Source: Calditrichia bacterium (GTDB lineage: Bacteria; Calditrichota; Calditrichia; JAJRVZ01). From it: 64,000 nt of DNA. Shown here piece by piece: positions 55,228-64,000 of the stretch. The number at the start of each line of letters is the position of its first letter. The stretch's first letter is position 1. The position numbers were made by a program, and so were the translations under genes. The notes under the pieces were generated by a model. The model was not told the origin of the DNA and ran no database searches. It saw only the letters and a program-made list of their open reading frames with translations. The stretch is from contig CAVZSQ010000015.1 in assembly GCA_963777955.1 (NCBI GenBank), positions 1-64,000 on the forward strand, given 5' to 3'.

Positions 55228-55480
55228 TTAAAAAAGTCTTTTGTTTAATTATTTAAAATCAATAAGTTTATAACAGAGACCGCCATCGGCTTTAATATTG
55301 CGAAAAAGAGCGGCTTTATTCGTATAAAAATACCCGCCTGAACGAAAGCAGAATCCGGCTATTTACTGTGCATACGCAAGGTTAAAAATAAAGATTGAAT
55401 ATTACCAGGTCGAATACCTGATTAGATGTGAAAAATGTATGGGTATGGTATAAAAAACAAACATTAACATTAGGTGTAGT

Positions 55481-55915
55481 ATGCAGGCAAAATACATACT
55501 CCTGGTTGAAGATAATCTTGATGATGAACTCCTGACGATCCGGGCTTTAAAAAAGAATAATTTACTGAATAATGTCGAAGTGGTCCGGGACGGTGCCGAG
55601 GCTCTGGAATATTTATATAAAGAGGGTAAATTTAAAAATCGCAATAAAAGTTTACCGGAAGTAATTTTGCTTGATCTTAAACTGCCTAAACTCAGTGGTC
55701 TGGAGGTCCTGAAGCAGATCCGGACGGATGAGCGGACAAAATTTTTGCCTGTAGTTATTCTTACCTCCTCCGATGAAGACCGGGATTTGATCGAAAGTTA
55801 TAAACTGGGCGCGAATAGTTATGTTCATAAGCCGGTTGATTTTAATCAGTTTACTGAAGCCGTAAATAGTCTGGGATTATATTGGTTGATCATTAATAAA
55901 TCTGCAAAAAAATAA
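55481..55915 (+). CDS. Single-domain response regulator (Rcp1-like)
   Basis: [36 protein letters not shown]...LYWL. Confidence 0.92.
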   Translation: MQAKYILLVEDNLDDELLTIRALKKNNLLNNVEVVRDGAEALEYLYKEGKFKNRNKSLPEVILLDLKLPKLSGLEVLKQIRTDERTKFLPVVILTSSDEDRDLIESYKLGANSYVHKPVDFNQFTEAVNSLGLYWLIINKSAKK

Positions 55916-55921
55916 GCGCTC

Positions 55922-58189
55922 ATGCCCAAATCCATCAAAGTGTTATTGGTCGAAGATTCCGAAAATGACGCTTTGTTACTGTTGCGTGAACTTCGGCGCG
56001 GTGGGTATGATCCGGTATATCACCGTGTCGAAACTGCCGAGGAAATGAATACGGCCCTGCAGGCAGACGGATGGGAATTAATCATCTGCGACTTCACCTT
56101 GCCAAATTTCAGTGCCCCCCATGCCCTTAATCTGATCCAGAATCAAAGAATTGATCTGCCTTTTATTATCGTATCAGGAAATATCGGCGAGGAAAATGCC
56201 GTGGCGGCCATGAAGGCGGGGGCCCATGATTATATTATGAAGGATAATCTGGCCCGGCTGGTACCGGTAATCGAGCGTGAAGTGCATGAAGCTCAAATCA
56301 GAAGAGAGCGTAAGCGGGTCAATGAGGCGCTGAAAGACAGTGAAGAGCGATTCCGTTCGATGGTCGAACATTCCCATGAAGGAATCGTGATCATCAATGA
56401 AAAATTTAGATTGATTTACGTGAACAGTGTCTTCAGCAAGATGATCGGTCTGAACCCGGTTGAATTGATCCAAAAGGATTTCCGGACCTTTTTCGCCGAT
56501 GGAAGTTTTGATCTGGCCGCCCAACTCGTCGATCCGGAGGAGAAATTGAATCCACCGGCCAGATCGGCTGAATGCGATATGAAATGTGCCACTACCTCCT
56601 GCCAGCGGGTCCTGATAAATTTTTCTTTGATTAAGGATACCAAAGGGACGAAATTCATCGTGGCCCAGGTTCTGGATATAACCGAACGATACCGCTCTGA
56701 AATCGAACTGCGTAAAAGCGAGGAAAAATACCGGTTGGTGGTGGAAAATGCCAGCGAAGCGATTTTTATCGAACAGGATGGTAAAATAAAATTCTGTAAT
56801 CCCAAAACACTGGAAATTTGCGGTTATACCAAGGACGAACTGCAGCAGATGCCGTGGACCAGTCTGAAAGTTGCTCAGGATTTTCCCATCGGTACGTCTT
56901 CGAATTCTGCCTACCGGATCCTGACCAAGCAAAAAATAGAAAAATGGATTGACGTCAATCAGGTCAATATTGAATATGATAATCAATCTGCGGCGTTAAA
57001 TTTTGTTCGTGACATTACCGAGCAGAAATTACTGGAAGACCGGCTGAAAATGTCCCAAAAACTGGAAGCCATCGGAACGCTGGCCGGCGGCATTGCCCAT
57101 GATTTTAACAACATACTGTCGCCGATCCTGGGTTATACCGAACTGGTGATGGAGGGGATGCCTAAAAACAGTCATGATTATAATAATCTGGTCCAGGTTT
57201 ATCAGGCGGCTAACCGGGCCAAAGACCTGGTTCTGCAAATTCTGACTTTCAGCCGGCAAAGCGACCAGGAACCCCGACCCCTGCGAATTCAACTGATCGT
57301 GCATGAAGCACTTAAGTTGCTGCGCGCAGCCATCCCCTCCACAATCAAATTCAAAATAAATATCAATAGTAAATGTGCTCCGGTTAATGCGGATCCAACT
57401 CAAATTCATCAAATTGTAATGAATTTGTGTACCAATGCCTATCATGCCATGATGACTAAAGGGGGTGTGATCGGGATAAGCCTGGATGAAATCTATATTA
57501 ACAAGGAGGATGCTGTTGATTACAAGGGCATTAATTCAGGTCCCTTTATCTGTCTCAGTGTGAGCGATACAGGACACGGTATGGATACAACAGTGCTGCC
57601 CCGTATCTTTGAGCCATTTTTTACAACTAAAGAGAAGGGACTGGGCACCGGGATGGGACTGGCTGTCGTTCACGGCATTGTGAAAAATCATAAAGGACAT
57701 ATTGACGTTTACAGCGAGGTCGGCAAAGGTTCAACCTTCAAAGTATATCTACCCATCGAACAACAAACTATAACCTCTGCCGAACAAATCAACCTGGATG
57801 AGATTCCACGGGGTTCTGAGCGGATCCTGGTAATCGATGATGAAGGTTATATAGTGCAGATGCTGGTGCAGATGCTGGAAAGTCTCGGTTATACGGTCGA
57901 AGCTCGGACCAATAGCAACGAAGCGTTGGAACTCTTCCTGCTGGATCCTTTTTATTTTCAACTGGTAATTACCGATCAGATCATGCCGCAAATAACCGGC
58001 GATATCCTGGCCAGAAAACTTCTTTCGATCCGCAAGGATATTCCGATCATCCTCTGTACCGGTTTCAGTGAATTCATCGAAAAAGAGGCACTGCAGGATA
58101 TCGGTATCCGCGACCTGGTGATGAAACCAGTCTTGAAAAGCGAACTGGCCAGAGTTATCCGGAAAAATCTGGATACCTGCGAAGAATAA
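55922..58189 (+). CDS. Hybrid kinase REC-PAS-PAS-HisKA-HATPase-REC
   Basis: N- and C-terminal receiver domains; AGGIAHDFNNIL, NLCTNAYHAM, FEPFFTTK. Confidence 0.92.
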   Translation: MPKSIKVLLVEDSENDALLLLRELRRGGYDPVYHRVETAEEMNTALQADGWELIICDFTLPNFSAPHALNLIQNQRIDLPFIIVSGNIGEENAVAAMKAGAHDYIMKDNLARLVPVIEREVHEAQIRRERKRVNEALKDSEERFRSMVEHSHEGIVIINEKFRLIYVNSVFSKMIGLNPVELIQKDFRTFFADGSFDLAAQLVDPEEKLNPPARSAECDMKCATTSCQRVLINFSLIKDTKGTKFIVAQVLDITERYRSEIELRKSEEKYRLVVENASEAIFIEQDGKIKFCNPKTLEICGYTKDELQQMPWTSLKVAQDFPIGTSSNSAYRILTKQKIEKWIDVNQVNIEYDNQSAALNFVRDITEQKLLEDRLKMSQKLEAIGTLAGGIAHDFNNILSPILGYTELVMEGMPKNSHDYNNLVQVYQAANRAKDLVLQILTFSRQSDQEPRPLRIQLIVHEALKLLRAAIPSTIKFKININSKCAPVNADPTQIHQIVMNLCTNAYHAMMTKGGVIGISLDEIYINKEDAVDYKGINSGPFICLSVSDTGHGMDTTVLPRIFEPFFTTKEKGLGTGMGLAVVHGIVKNHKGHIDVYSEVGKGSTFKVYLPIEQQTITSAEQINLDEIPRGSERILVIDDEGYIVQMLVQMLESLGYTVEARTNSNEALELFLLDPFYFQLVITDQIMPQITGDILARKLLSIRKDIPIILCTGFSEFIEKEALQDIGIRDLVMKPVLKSELARVIRKNLDTCEE

Positions 58190-58275
58190 TTTTTGGGCAA
58201 TTTTTCCTAAACTACATTAATTTTCGTATATTATTCATAGACGGTTATCAATCATGTATATAAACTAATCCGGGA

Positions 58276-60456
58276 GTGAAGATGAGGCGAGTCATTTTCA
58301 TCCACGTGCTGCTGCTTTTTTTTATTTCAACTGCATCAACCCAGACTGCAGAAAAACAGATTGCCGTACTCGATCTCAGTGCTATCGGCATAAATCCCAT
58401 CGAAAGTGCTGCCCTGACCGACCGTCTGCGCAGCGAGCTGGTTAATACCCGTGAATTCCTGGTCATCGAACGCGAAAAAATGGTAGAAATCCTGACTGAA
58501 CAGGGTTTTCAACAGTCCGGATGTACCAGTGATGAGTGCGCAGTGGAAATCGGAAAATTGCTTAACATTCAGCAAATCTGTGCCGGCAGCGTCGCCAGAG
58601 TCGGTTCACTGTATACATTGACCTTGCGGCTGATCAGTGTGGAGAGCGGTCAAATATTAGCAACAGTTACCGAAGATTGCAGTTGTACGATCGAACAGGT
58701 TCTTACCAATTCCCTGCGGATTTTGGCCGGCAACCTGGTGGATGAGACAAAGAAGTACCCGGGTCTTTTTGTCACTAAAGGCGGGAGGGGCGATGTGTAT
58801 CTGAAATCGAGTCTCACTCCGGCCCATATATTCGTCGATGGACAGGCCCTAAATGAGCAGACGCCGACTACTGTCAAAAACCTGCCTTCCGGTGAGCATG
58901 TGCTAAAAGTGGTAAAGGACGATTATAGCGGATCCAAAATAGTGATTATCAATCCCGATGAAATACTCGATGAAACAATCACCATGAGCAAAGCCCGGGG
59001 CGGTATCAAGGTGTACTCAAATCCCGCCGAAGCAGATATTTATATCGAGGATCAATACTATGGTAAAACTCCGAAAATAATCAAAGATCTGGCTGCCGGC
59101 GAATATCTGTTAGCCCTAAAAAAAGAAGGTTATCTGCAACTAAAACGGCGTATAAAGATAACCGGAGATGACTATGCAGAAATAGATGAGCGTATTGTAA
59201 AACCGGCAGCTGTCTCGATCAGCAGCCAGCCCTCACCAGCCGTGGTTTTCATTCGCGGACAGGAGCTGGGCCGCACCCCGCTGCAATTGCAGGATCTGTA
59301 TCCCGAAAAAATCTATATCGAAGTTAAATATCCGGGTTATAAAACCGAACGCAAATATGTACAATTGACTGAAGATCTGCTGACCAGCGAGAACATGACA
59401 CTCCAAAAACTGCCTGCCCTGGATGTAACGTCTGATCCGGTCGCAGCCAATGTCTATATCGACGAATTACTGAAGGGCCAGACTCCGCTGCGGATTAATG
59501 ATTTGAACGAAGTAAGATTTAAAGTGGTAATCAAAAAGGATTATTTTAACGACTGGCAGCAGGAAATCATTTTGCAAAACGGAGAAGATTTACATATAAA
59601 CGCAAAATTGATGCATAATGAAGGTCTGCTGCTCATCAGCACCGAGGCCGCCGAAGGTTTGCCGGTTTCGCTTGATGGTGTCGTGGTTGGTAGAACCCCT
59701 TTGAGCATAAATAAACCATACGGGCGATATAACCTGGAGATCAATGATGACAGATATCAACGGATCGAAGATCAGATTATCGTGAATGGACCAAAAGTAG
59801 AAAAGAATTATAAACTGACTTTTCACCAGGGATTGCTTAAACTAGGCGGGTTGCGCCCGGATGCAAAACTCAGCATCAATGGTAAGACCATTAATGCTGA
59901 CTCTGCGGAAATTTTAATGCCGGCCGGCAGGTACAACATCCGCATGAGTAAGTCAGGATATCAAACATTCGCCGCAAAGATTGATTTGCTGCCGGATCAA
60001 ATTCAGAATGTCGATATGGCCCTTATGCCAAAGAAAAAATGGAGCGCGTGCTGGCGTTCTGCTTTACTTCCCGGTTGGGGGCAGGCTTATCAGGAAAAAA
60101 GCATCCGCACCCGGTTATATCCACTGGCAATTGCAGGCTTAGCTACAGTTTCCTTTTTTATAACTGTCGATTATAATGATAAGATATCGGAATATAATCA
60201 GACCAGGGAGATCTATACTTCAGCTTTTGATGCTAATGACATCAAACAACTGCGCCGGGAAATGGATGATAACTATGACCAGGTGGAAAAAGCGGAAAGA
60301 ACACGGAATCTTTTATATTTGGCTACCGGAGTGGTCTGGCTGTGGAATATTCTGGATACGGTAATTTTACCACCGGCCTGGCAGGCGAATTATACGATGT
60401 CGGCCGGTCAGAATGGTCCGGTACAACAAATCAGCTTATCTTTTAGTATACCCTGA
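58276..60456 (+). CDS. PEGA-repeat protein with an N-terminal CsgG/TolB-like domain and a C-terminal DUF5683-like membrane region
   Basis: LTDRLRSEL...EQGFQQSGCT..CAVEIGK, multiple SxPxxAxxxxD..GxTP repeats, RSALLPGWGQ. Confidence 0.82.
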   Translation: MKMRRVIFIHVLLLFFISTASTQTAEKQIAVLDLSAIGINPIESAALTDRLRSELVNTREFLVIEREKMVEILTEQGFQQSGCTSDECAVEIGKLLNIQQICAGSVARVGSLYTLTLRLISVESGQILATVTEDCSCTIEQVLTNSLRILAGNLVDETKKYPGLFVTKGGRGDVYLKSSLTPAHIFVDGQALNEQTPTTVKNLPSGEHVLKVVKDDYSGSKIVIINPDEILDETITMSKARGGIKVYSNPAEADIYIEDQYYGKTPKIIKDLAAGEYLLALKKEGYLQLKRRIKITGDDYAEIDERIVKPAAVSISSQPSPAVVFIRGQELGRTPLQLQDLYPEKIYIEVKYPGYKTERKYVQLTEDLLTSENMTLQKLPALDVTSDPVAANVYIDELLKGQTPLRINDLNEVRFKVVIKKDYFNDWQQEIILQNGEDLHINAKLMHNEGLLLISTEAAEGLPVSLDGVVVGRTPLSINKPYGRYNLEINDDRYQRIEDQIIVNGPKVEKNYKLTFHQGLLKLGGLRPDAKLSINGKTINADSAEILMPAGRYNIRMSKSGYQTFAAKIDLLPDQIQNVDMALMPKKKWSACWRSALLPGWGQAYQEKSIRTRLYPLAIAGLATVSFFITVDYNDKISEYNQTREIYTSAFDANDIKQLRREMDDNYDQVEKAERTRNLLYLATGVVWLWNILDTVILPPAWQANYTMSAGQNGPVQQISLSFSIP

Positions 60457-60526
60457 TAATTCAGGAAGATTTTTAACCTGGCACTGGACTTACCGATTGG
60501 GGACACCGCTTTATCGCGGAGGTAAT

Positions 60527-62722
60527 ATGAGAATAAAACAAGGTCTGCTATTAACACTGATCCTGCTGCTGACTTTAACCTGTGATAAAAAACCTGTACA
60601 GCCCGAATACGATAATCCTTTTGATGATCAGAATCCGTATACCCGGGGTGATCCGTTCCGGTTAACAGCAGTCATAGCCGCTGGCGGTATTACCTTATCC
60701 TGGACGTCGCCGCAGGTCAATGGCCTGGCCGGTTTTATAATTTACCGCAGTGAATCTGATCCGGGAGGGTATAATCCTATTCAATCACTCGACAAATCCA
60801 AAGATACCTACGTCGATAAAAATATCGAGAATGGCCACCGCTATTGGTACCGGATATCTGCAATCAATGATAATAATCTGGAAACGGCTTTTACCAATAC
60901 CGCTGCCGTAACAATCGTTACCAGCCCGGCTTTTTTTATCAACGATGGAGCCGAATTTGCATTAAGCCGCACGGTCACTTTAACCATACTGGCCAGTACC
61001 GCCAGGCAGATGATTTTATCCGGCAATGGCGAATTTGCTGGCGCTGTCTGGGAAAATTATGTCAGCACTAAACCATGGATTCTGTCCGGTGGCGCCGGAG
61101 CAAAAATTGTATTTCTGAAAGTGAAATATGCTGATAACAGTGAATCAGCCGTATTGTCCGACACCATTAATCCCAAACCGATGAATCCTGGCCTGGTGAT
61201 CAATAATAATGCAGAATATGCAATCCTGCCCGAAGTAAAACTGGCCTTGTCGGTAAATGGCAGTAACGTGCAGGTAAAAGTCAGTGAAGATTCTACCTTC
61301 ACCGGGCTGGCCTGGCAGCCGTGGAGTGCATTGTTGAGTTATCAATTGACCGCCGGGGATGGCATCAAAAGAGTTTATGCAAAATTTATAAATGATTTTG
61401 AGATTGAATCAGAAAAAATAACCGCTGAAATTATTCTGGATTCGACGCCTCCGCAACTTTTTCTCATGATTTTTCCGGACTCCGGTTTTACCAACGAAAC
61501 AGAATTTCAATTTGATGGCACTACCAGCACCGATAATTGCACGGAATTTCAGAAGTTGCTGATACGTTTCGATTGGCAGAATAATGGAGTATATGATACG
61601 CCCTGGAATGAATTGCAGGTATTTTCACATATATTCGATACGGGCGGAGGAGAAAAAACAGTCAGGGTGCAACTCAGCGATGCTGCCGGCTGGCAAGTTG
61701 ATACGATCGGGACAATTTTTGTAAATTCGCGGCCGGTCGCTGATTTCACGGTCAGCCGGGACGGTAGTAATTATAAACTCTTTCATTTTGATGCTGCAAC
61801 CTGCAGTGATGAGGAAGATGGGACCAGTCTGACTTACCGCTGGGATTTTAATAATGATCAGAACTGGGAAATAGATTATGATACTGACCGGCAGGTTGAT
61901 TTCGAGTACACAGCAGACGGGGACTATGAGGTTATCATGGAGGTTAAAGACAAGGATAATGCCACTGACACGCTGAGTTTGACCGTTCATGTCTACCCCG
62001 AACCGCTGCAAATGGTGTTTGTAAACGGGGGCACTTTCACCATGGGCGATACCTGGGGTGATGGTCTTGTGGATGAAAACCCGACTCATCTGGTCACTCT
62101 TAATTCTTTTTATATTTCCAGATATGAGGTAGCGCAGGTATTGTGGCAGGAGATTATGGTTGCCACGCCATCCTATTTCTCCGGAGCCAATCATCCGGTC
62201 GAACAGGTGAACTGGTACGATGCAGTAAATTTTTGTAATCTGCTCAGCCAGCAGGCAGGACTTAATCCATGCTATTATATTGACGGTATTAATGTCACCT
62301 GTAATTTTTATGCGACCGGTTATCGCTTACCGACAGAAGCAGAATGGGAGTATGCAGCCCGGGGAGGATCGCTTACTCAGGGCTACAAATTCAGCGGCAG
62401 TAATGATTCGGGTACGGTGGCCTGGTATTTGACCAACAGTTCGGCCACTACTCATGATGTGGGCAACCGTCAGGCAAATGAACTGGATCTATATGACCTG
62501 AGCGGTAATGTCCTGGAATGGTGCTGGGACTGGTATGGCACTTATACTTCCGCCAGCCAGACAAATCCCGCCGGTCCAAGCAGCGGAACCCACCGTGTTT
62601 TTCGCGGCGGTTCCTGGCAGCATCCTGCTCAGAATTTACGTGTGGCAAACCGTTGTTACCTGGCCGGCCTGTATCCGGATAGCAGAGATTATAGAATCGG
62701 GTTTCGCGTCGTGCGCAGGTGA
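60527..62722 (+). CDS. Lipoprotein with FN3, PKD and C-terminal FGE-sulfatase (SUMF1/CLec) domains
   Basis: GGAGG RBS, LLTLTC lipobox-like motif, YRWDFNND (PKD), GGTFTMG, RLPTEAEWEYAARGG, LYDLSGNVLEWC, RGGSW, IGFRVVR. Confidence 0.88.
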   Translation: MRIKQGLLLTLILLLTLTCDKKPVQPEYDNPFDDQNPYTRGDPFRLTAVIAAGGITLSWTSPQVNGLAGFIIYRSESDPGGYNPIQSLDKSKDTYVDKNIENGHRYWYRISAINDNNLETAFTNTAAVTIVTSPAFFINDGAEFALSRTVTLTILASTARQMILSGNGEFAGAVWENYVSTKPWILSGGAGAKIVFLKVKYADNSESAVLSDTINPKPMNPGLVINNNAEYAILPEVKLALSVNGSNVQVKVSEDSTFTGLAWQPWSALLSYQLTAGDGIKRVYAKFINDFEIESEKITAEIILDSTPPQLFLMIFPDSGFTNETEFQFDGTTSTDNCTEFQKLLIRFDWQNNGVYDTPWNELQVFSHIFDTGGGEKTVRVQLSDAAGWQVDTIGTIFVNSRPVADFTVSRDGSNYKLFHFDAATCSDEEDGTSLTYRWDFNNDQNWEIDYDTDRQVDFEYTADGDYEVIMEVKDKDNATDTLSLTVHVYPEPLQMVFVNGGTFTMGDTWGDGLVDENPTHLVTLNSFYISRYEVAQVLWQEIMVATPSYFSGANHPVEQVNWYDAVNFCNLLSQQAGLNPCYYIDGINVTCNFYATGYRLPTEAEWEYAARGGSLTQGYKFSGSNDSGTVAWYLTNSSATTHDVGNRQANELDLYDLSGNVLEWCWDWYGTYTSASQTNPAGPSSGTHRVFRGGSWQHPAQNLRVANRCYLAGLYPDSRDYRIGFRVVRR

Positions 62723-62736
62723 AGGTCCCCGTTTCA

Positions 62737-63438
62737 ATGAAAATCATCGCAATCACTGATATTCATGGTCATTTGGAAGCAATCGACCGGATTGGCACGG
62801 AATTAAAATCGGTTGATCTGGTACTGCTGACGGGCGATCTCACTCATTTCGGCCGGGAAAAAGAAGTAAAACAGGTGCTAGAAAAAATAATGGAATATAA
62901 CCGTCAAATCCTGGCGGTTCCCGGTAATTGTGATCAGCCACAGGTGGAAACTTATTTGAATTTATATAATCTCAATCTGCATGGCCGGGGAAAAACTATC
63001 AATAACCTGGGTATAGTAGGCCTGGGTGGATCCCTGCCATGTCCCGGCCACACTCCCAATGAGTACAGCGAACAGCAACTTGCTGAATTTCTGCAGCAGG
63101 GCAGAGCCATGCTGAATGCTGCACACCAGCCGTTTATTTTGCTGAGTCATCAGCCTCCGAAAAACACATTAAACGACCGGATCGCTCTGAACATGCATGT
63201 CGGCAGCAAATCTGTCAGGCAATTCATAGAACAATCTCAACCGCTGATCTGCTTCACCGGACATATTCATGAAGGAACAGGCATTGATACAATCGGGGCG
63301 ACTAAAATTCTCAATCCTGGTCCTCTGCGCAAGGGTGGCTACACCTATGCCGAAATCGGGACTTCCGTCACCTCGCTGGAGATCAAAGGTTATCTGATCC
63401 GCCGTCTCGCCGGCCGGGTTGGTTTAAAATATATTTAA
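62737..63438 (+). CDS. Calcineurin-like metallophosphoesterase (Icc-related)
   Basis: DIHG, GDLT, VPGNCD, LSHQPP, GHIHE, NPG. Confidence 0.9.
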   Translation: MKIIAITDIHGHLEAIDRIGTELKSVDLVLLTGDLTHFGREKEVKQVLEKIMEYNRQILAVPGNCDQPQVETYLNLYNLNLHGRGKTINNLGIVGLGGSLPCPGHTPNEYSEQQLAEFLQQGRAMLNAAHQPFILLSHQPPKNTLNDRIALNMHVGSKSVRQFIEQSQPLICFTGHIHEGTGIDTIGATKILNPGPLRKGGYTYAEIGTSVTSLEIKGYLIRRLAGRVGLKYI

Positions 63439-63507
63439 AATAAAATACGTTTTATTAAATTATTTCGATAATTTCCTTTGTGCTCAATTAATAGAAGGAG
63501 ATTTGAT

Positions 63508-63876
63508 ATGAAAATTGAGTCAAAGCAGGAGAATAATGTCGGTATCATTCATATCAAAGGAAAATTGATTGGAGCTCCCGAAACTGATGATTTGCATGAA
63601 TGTGTCGATAAATTTTTGCACCAGCAGATCAAGCAGGTAATTATAGATCTGAAGGATGTGGAATGGATGGGCAGTGTGGGACTGGGTGCCTTAATGCGCG
63701 ATCTGGTTACGGTCTGCCATGCCGGTGGTGAATTAGTGGTGGCTAATCCATCGGAGAAAGTAGTGAATCTGTTTAAAATCACCAAGTTGAGCGGAGTGGT
63801 CAAAACCTTCACCGGTGTTAAAGAAGCAATGCAGCATTTTAAAAAGCACCAGGAGCAAGGCCTGAAGAATAATTAA
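63508..63876 (+). CDS. STAS-domain anti-sigma-factor antagonist
   Basis: AAGGAG RBS; VIIDLKDVEWMGSVGLGAL...LFKITKL. Confidence 0.85.
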   Translation: MKIESKQENNVGIIHIKGKLIGAPETDDLHECVDKFLHQQIKQVIIDLKDVEWMGSVGLGALMRDLVTVCHAGGELVVANPSEKVVNLFKITKLSGVVKTFTGVKEAMQHFKKHQEQGLKNN

Positions 63877-63887
63877 GGGTGCTGCGG

Positions 63888-64000
63888 ATGCAGGCGATGG
63901 TGCTGGATAGAATTTATGATTTAAACCGGGAGGATTCGCCCCTGCGCCTGACGGATTTACCGGTTCCCCAGCCTGCCGGGCATGAGGTGCTGATCAGAGT
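63888..64000 (+). CDS. Zinc-dependent alcohol dehydrogenase family, N-terminus (partial)
   Basis: MQAMVLDRIYDLNREDSPLRLTDLPVPQPAGHEVLIRV, a typical MDR-family N-terminus; runs off the window. Confidence 0.7.
   Translation, partial: MQAMVLDRIYDLNREDSPLRLTDLPVPQPAGHEVLIR

Noticed and set aside
1..55256. Many split genes read as pseudogenes or programmed frameshifts (e.g. near 12469, 20545, 22813, 29560, 31275, 32180, 42211, 43900-44090, 50715, 55170, and throughout 1-6900)
   Set aside because: Single-base indels are scattered through otherwise intact genes, including housekeeping fbaB, with no consistent slippery motif. Long-read consensus error is the simpler explanation; read mapping would confirm.
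56174..56986. Long antisense ORFs (e.g. 56174-56986, 7251-7883, 32235-32834)
   Set aside because: They lie opposite well-supported genes and have no recognisable motifs, consistent with codon-bias shadows.

Overview
The window joins two unrelated-looking segments at about 7270-7280. The left segment (1-~7275) is GC-rich and riddled with indels. It carries a purine/nucleoside-type BMP ABC transporter operon, xanthine-dehydrogenase-family genes and a truncated Pro/Thr-rich lipoprotein; an Anaerolineae/Chloroflexota origin is my inference. The right segment (~7275-64000) is lower in GC and looks like a diderm FCB-related bacterium such as Calditrichota or KSB1 (inference from T9SS-type C-terminal domains, PorU and LapA/LapB). 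It encodes a receptor-less CheR/hybrid-kinase/CheA-like cassette, secreted CotH and YCF48 proteins, a DUF3857 transglutaminase pair, msrA, a TetR-TolC-MFP-RND efflux operon with a tandem operator, an HD-GYP regulator, a lapA-lapB-SPOR-Crp-kinase cluster, fbaB, porU, three tRNAs (Gln, Arg, Glu), a propeller-kinase phosphorelay, and PEGA and FGE-sulfatase proteins. The best hidden feature is a SelW/Rdx-family selenoprotein (44772-45002) that the ORF track misses: CxxU with an in-frame TGA, a bacterial SECIS-like hairpin, and a long upstream hairpin flanked by 9-bp direct repeats. Several REP-like palindrome families lie in intergenic gaps. Most frameshifts look like long-read indel errors rather than true pseudogenes. 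I saw no CRISPR array, integrase or reverse transcriptase.
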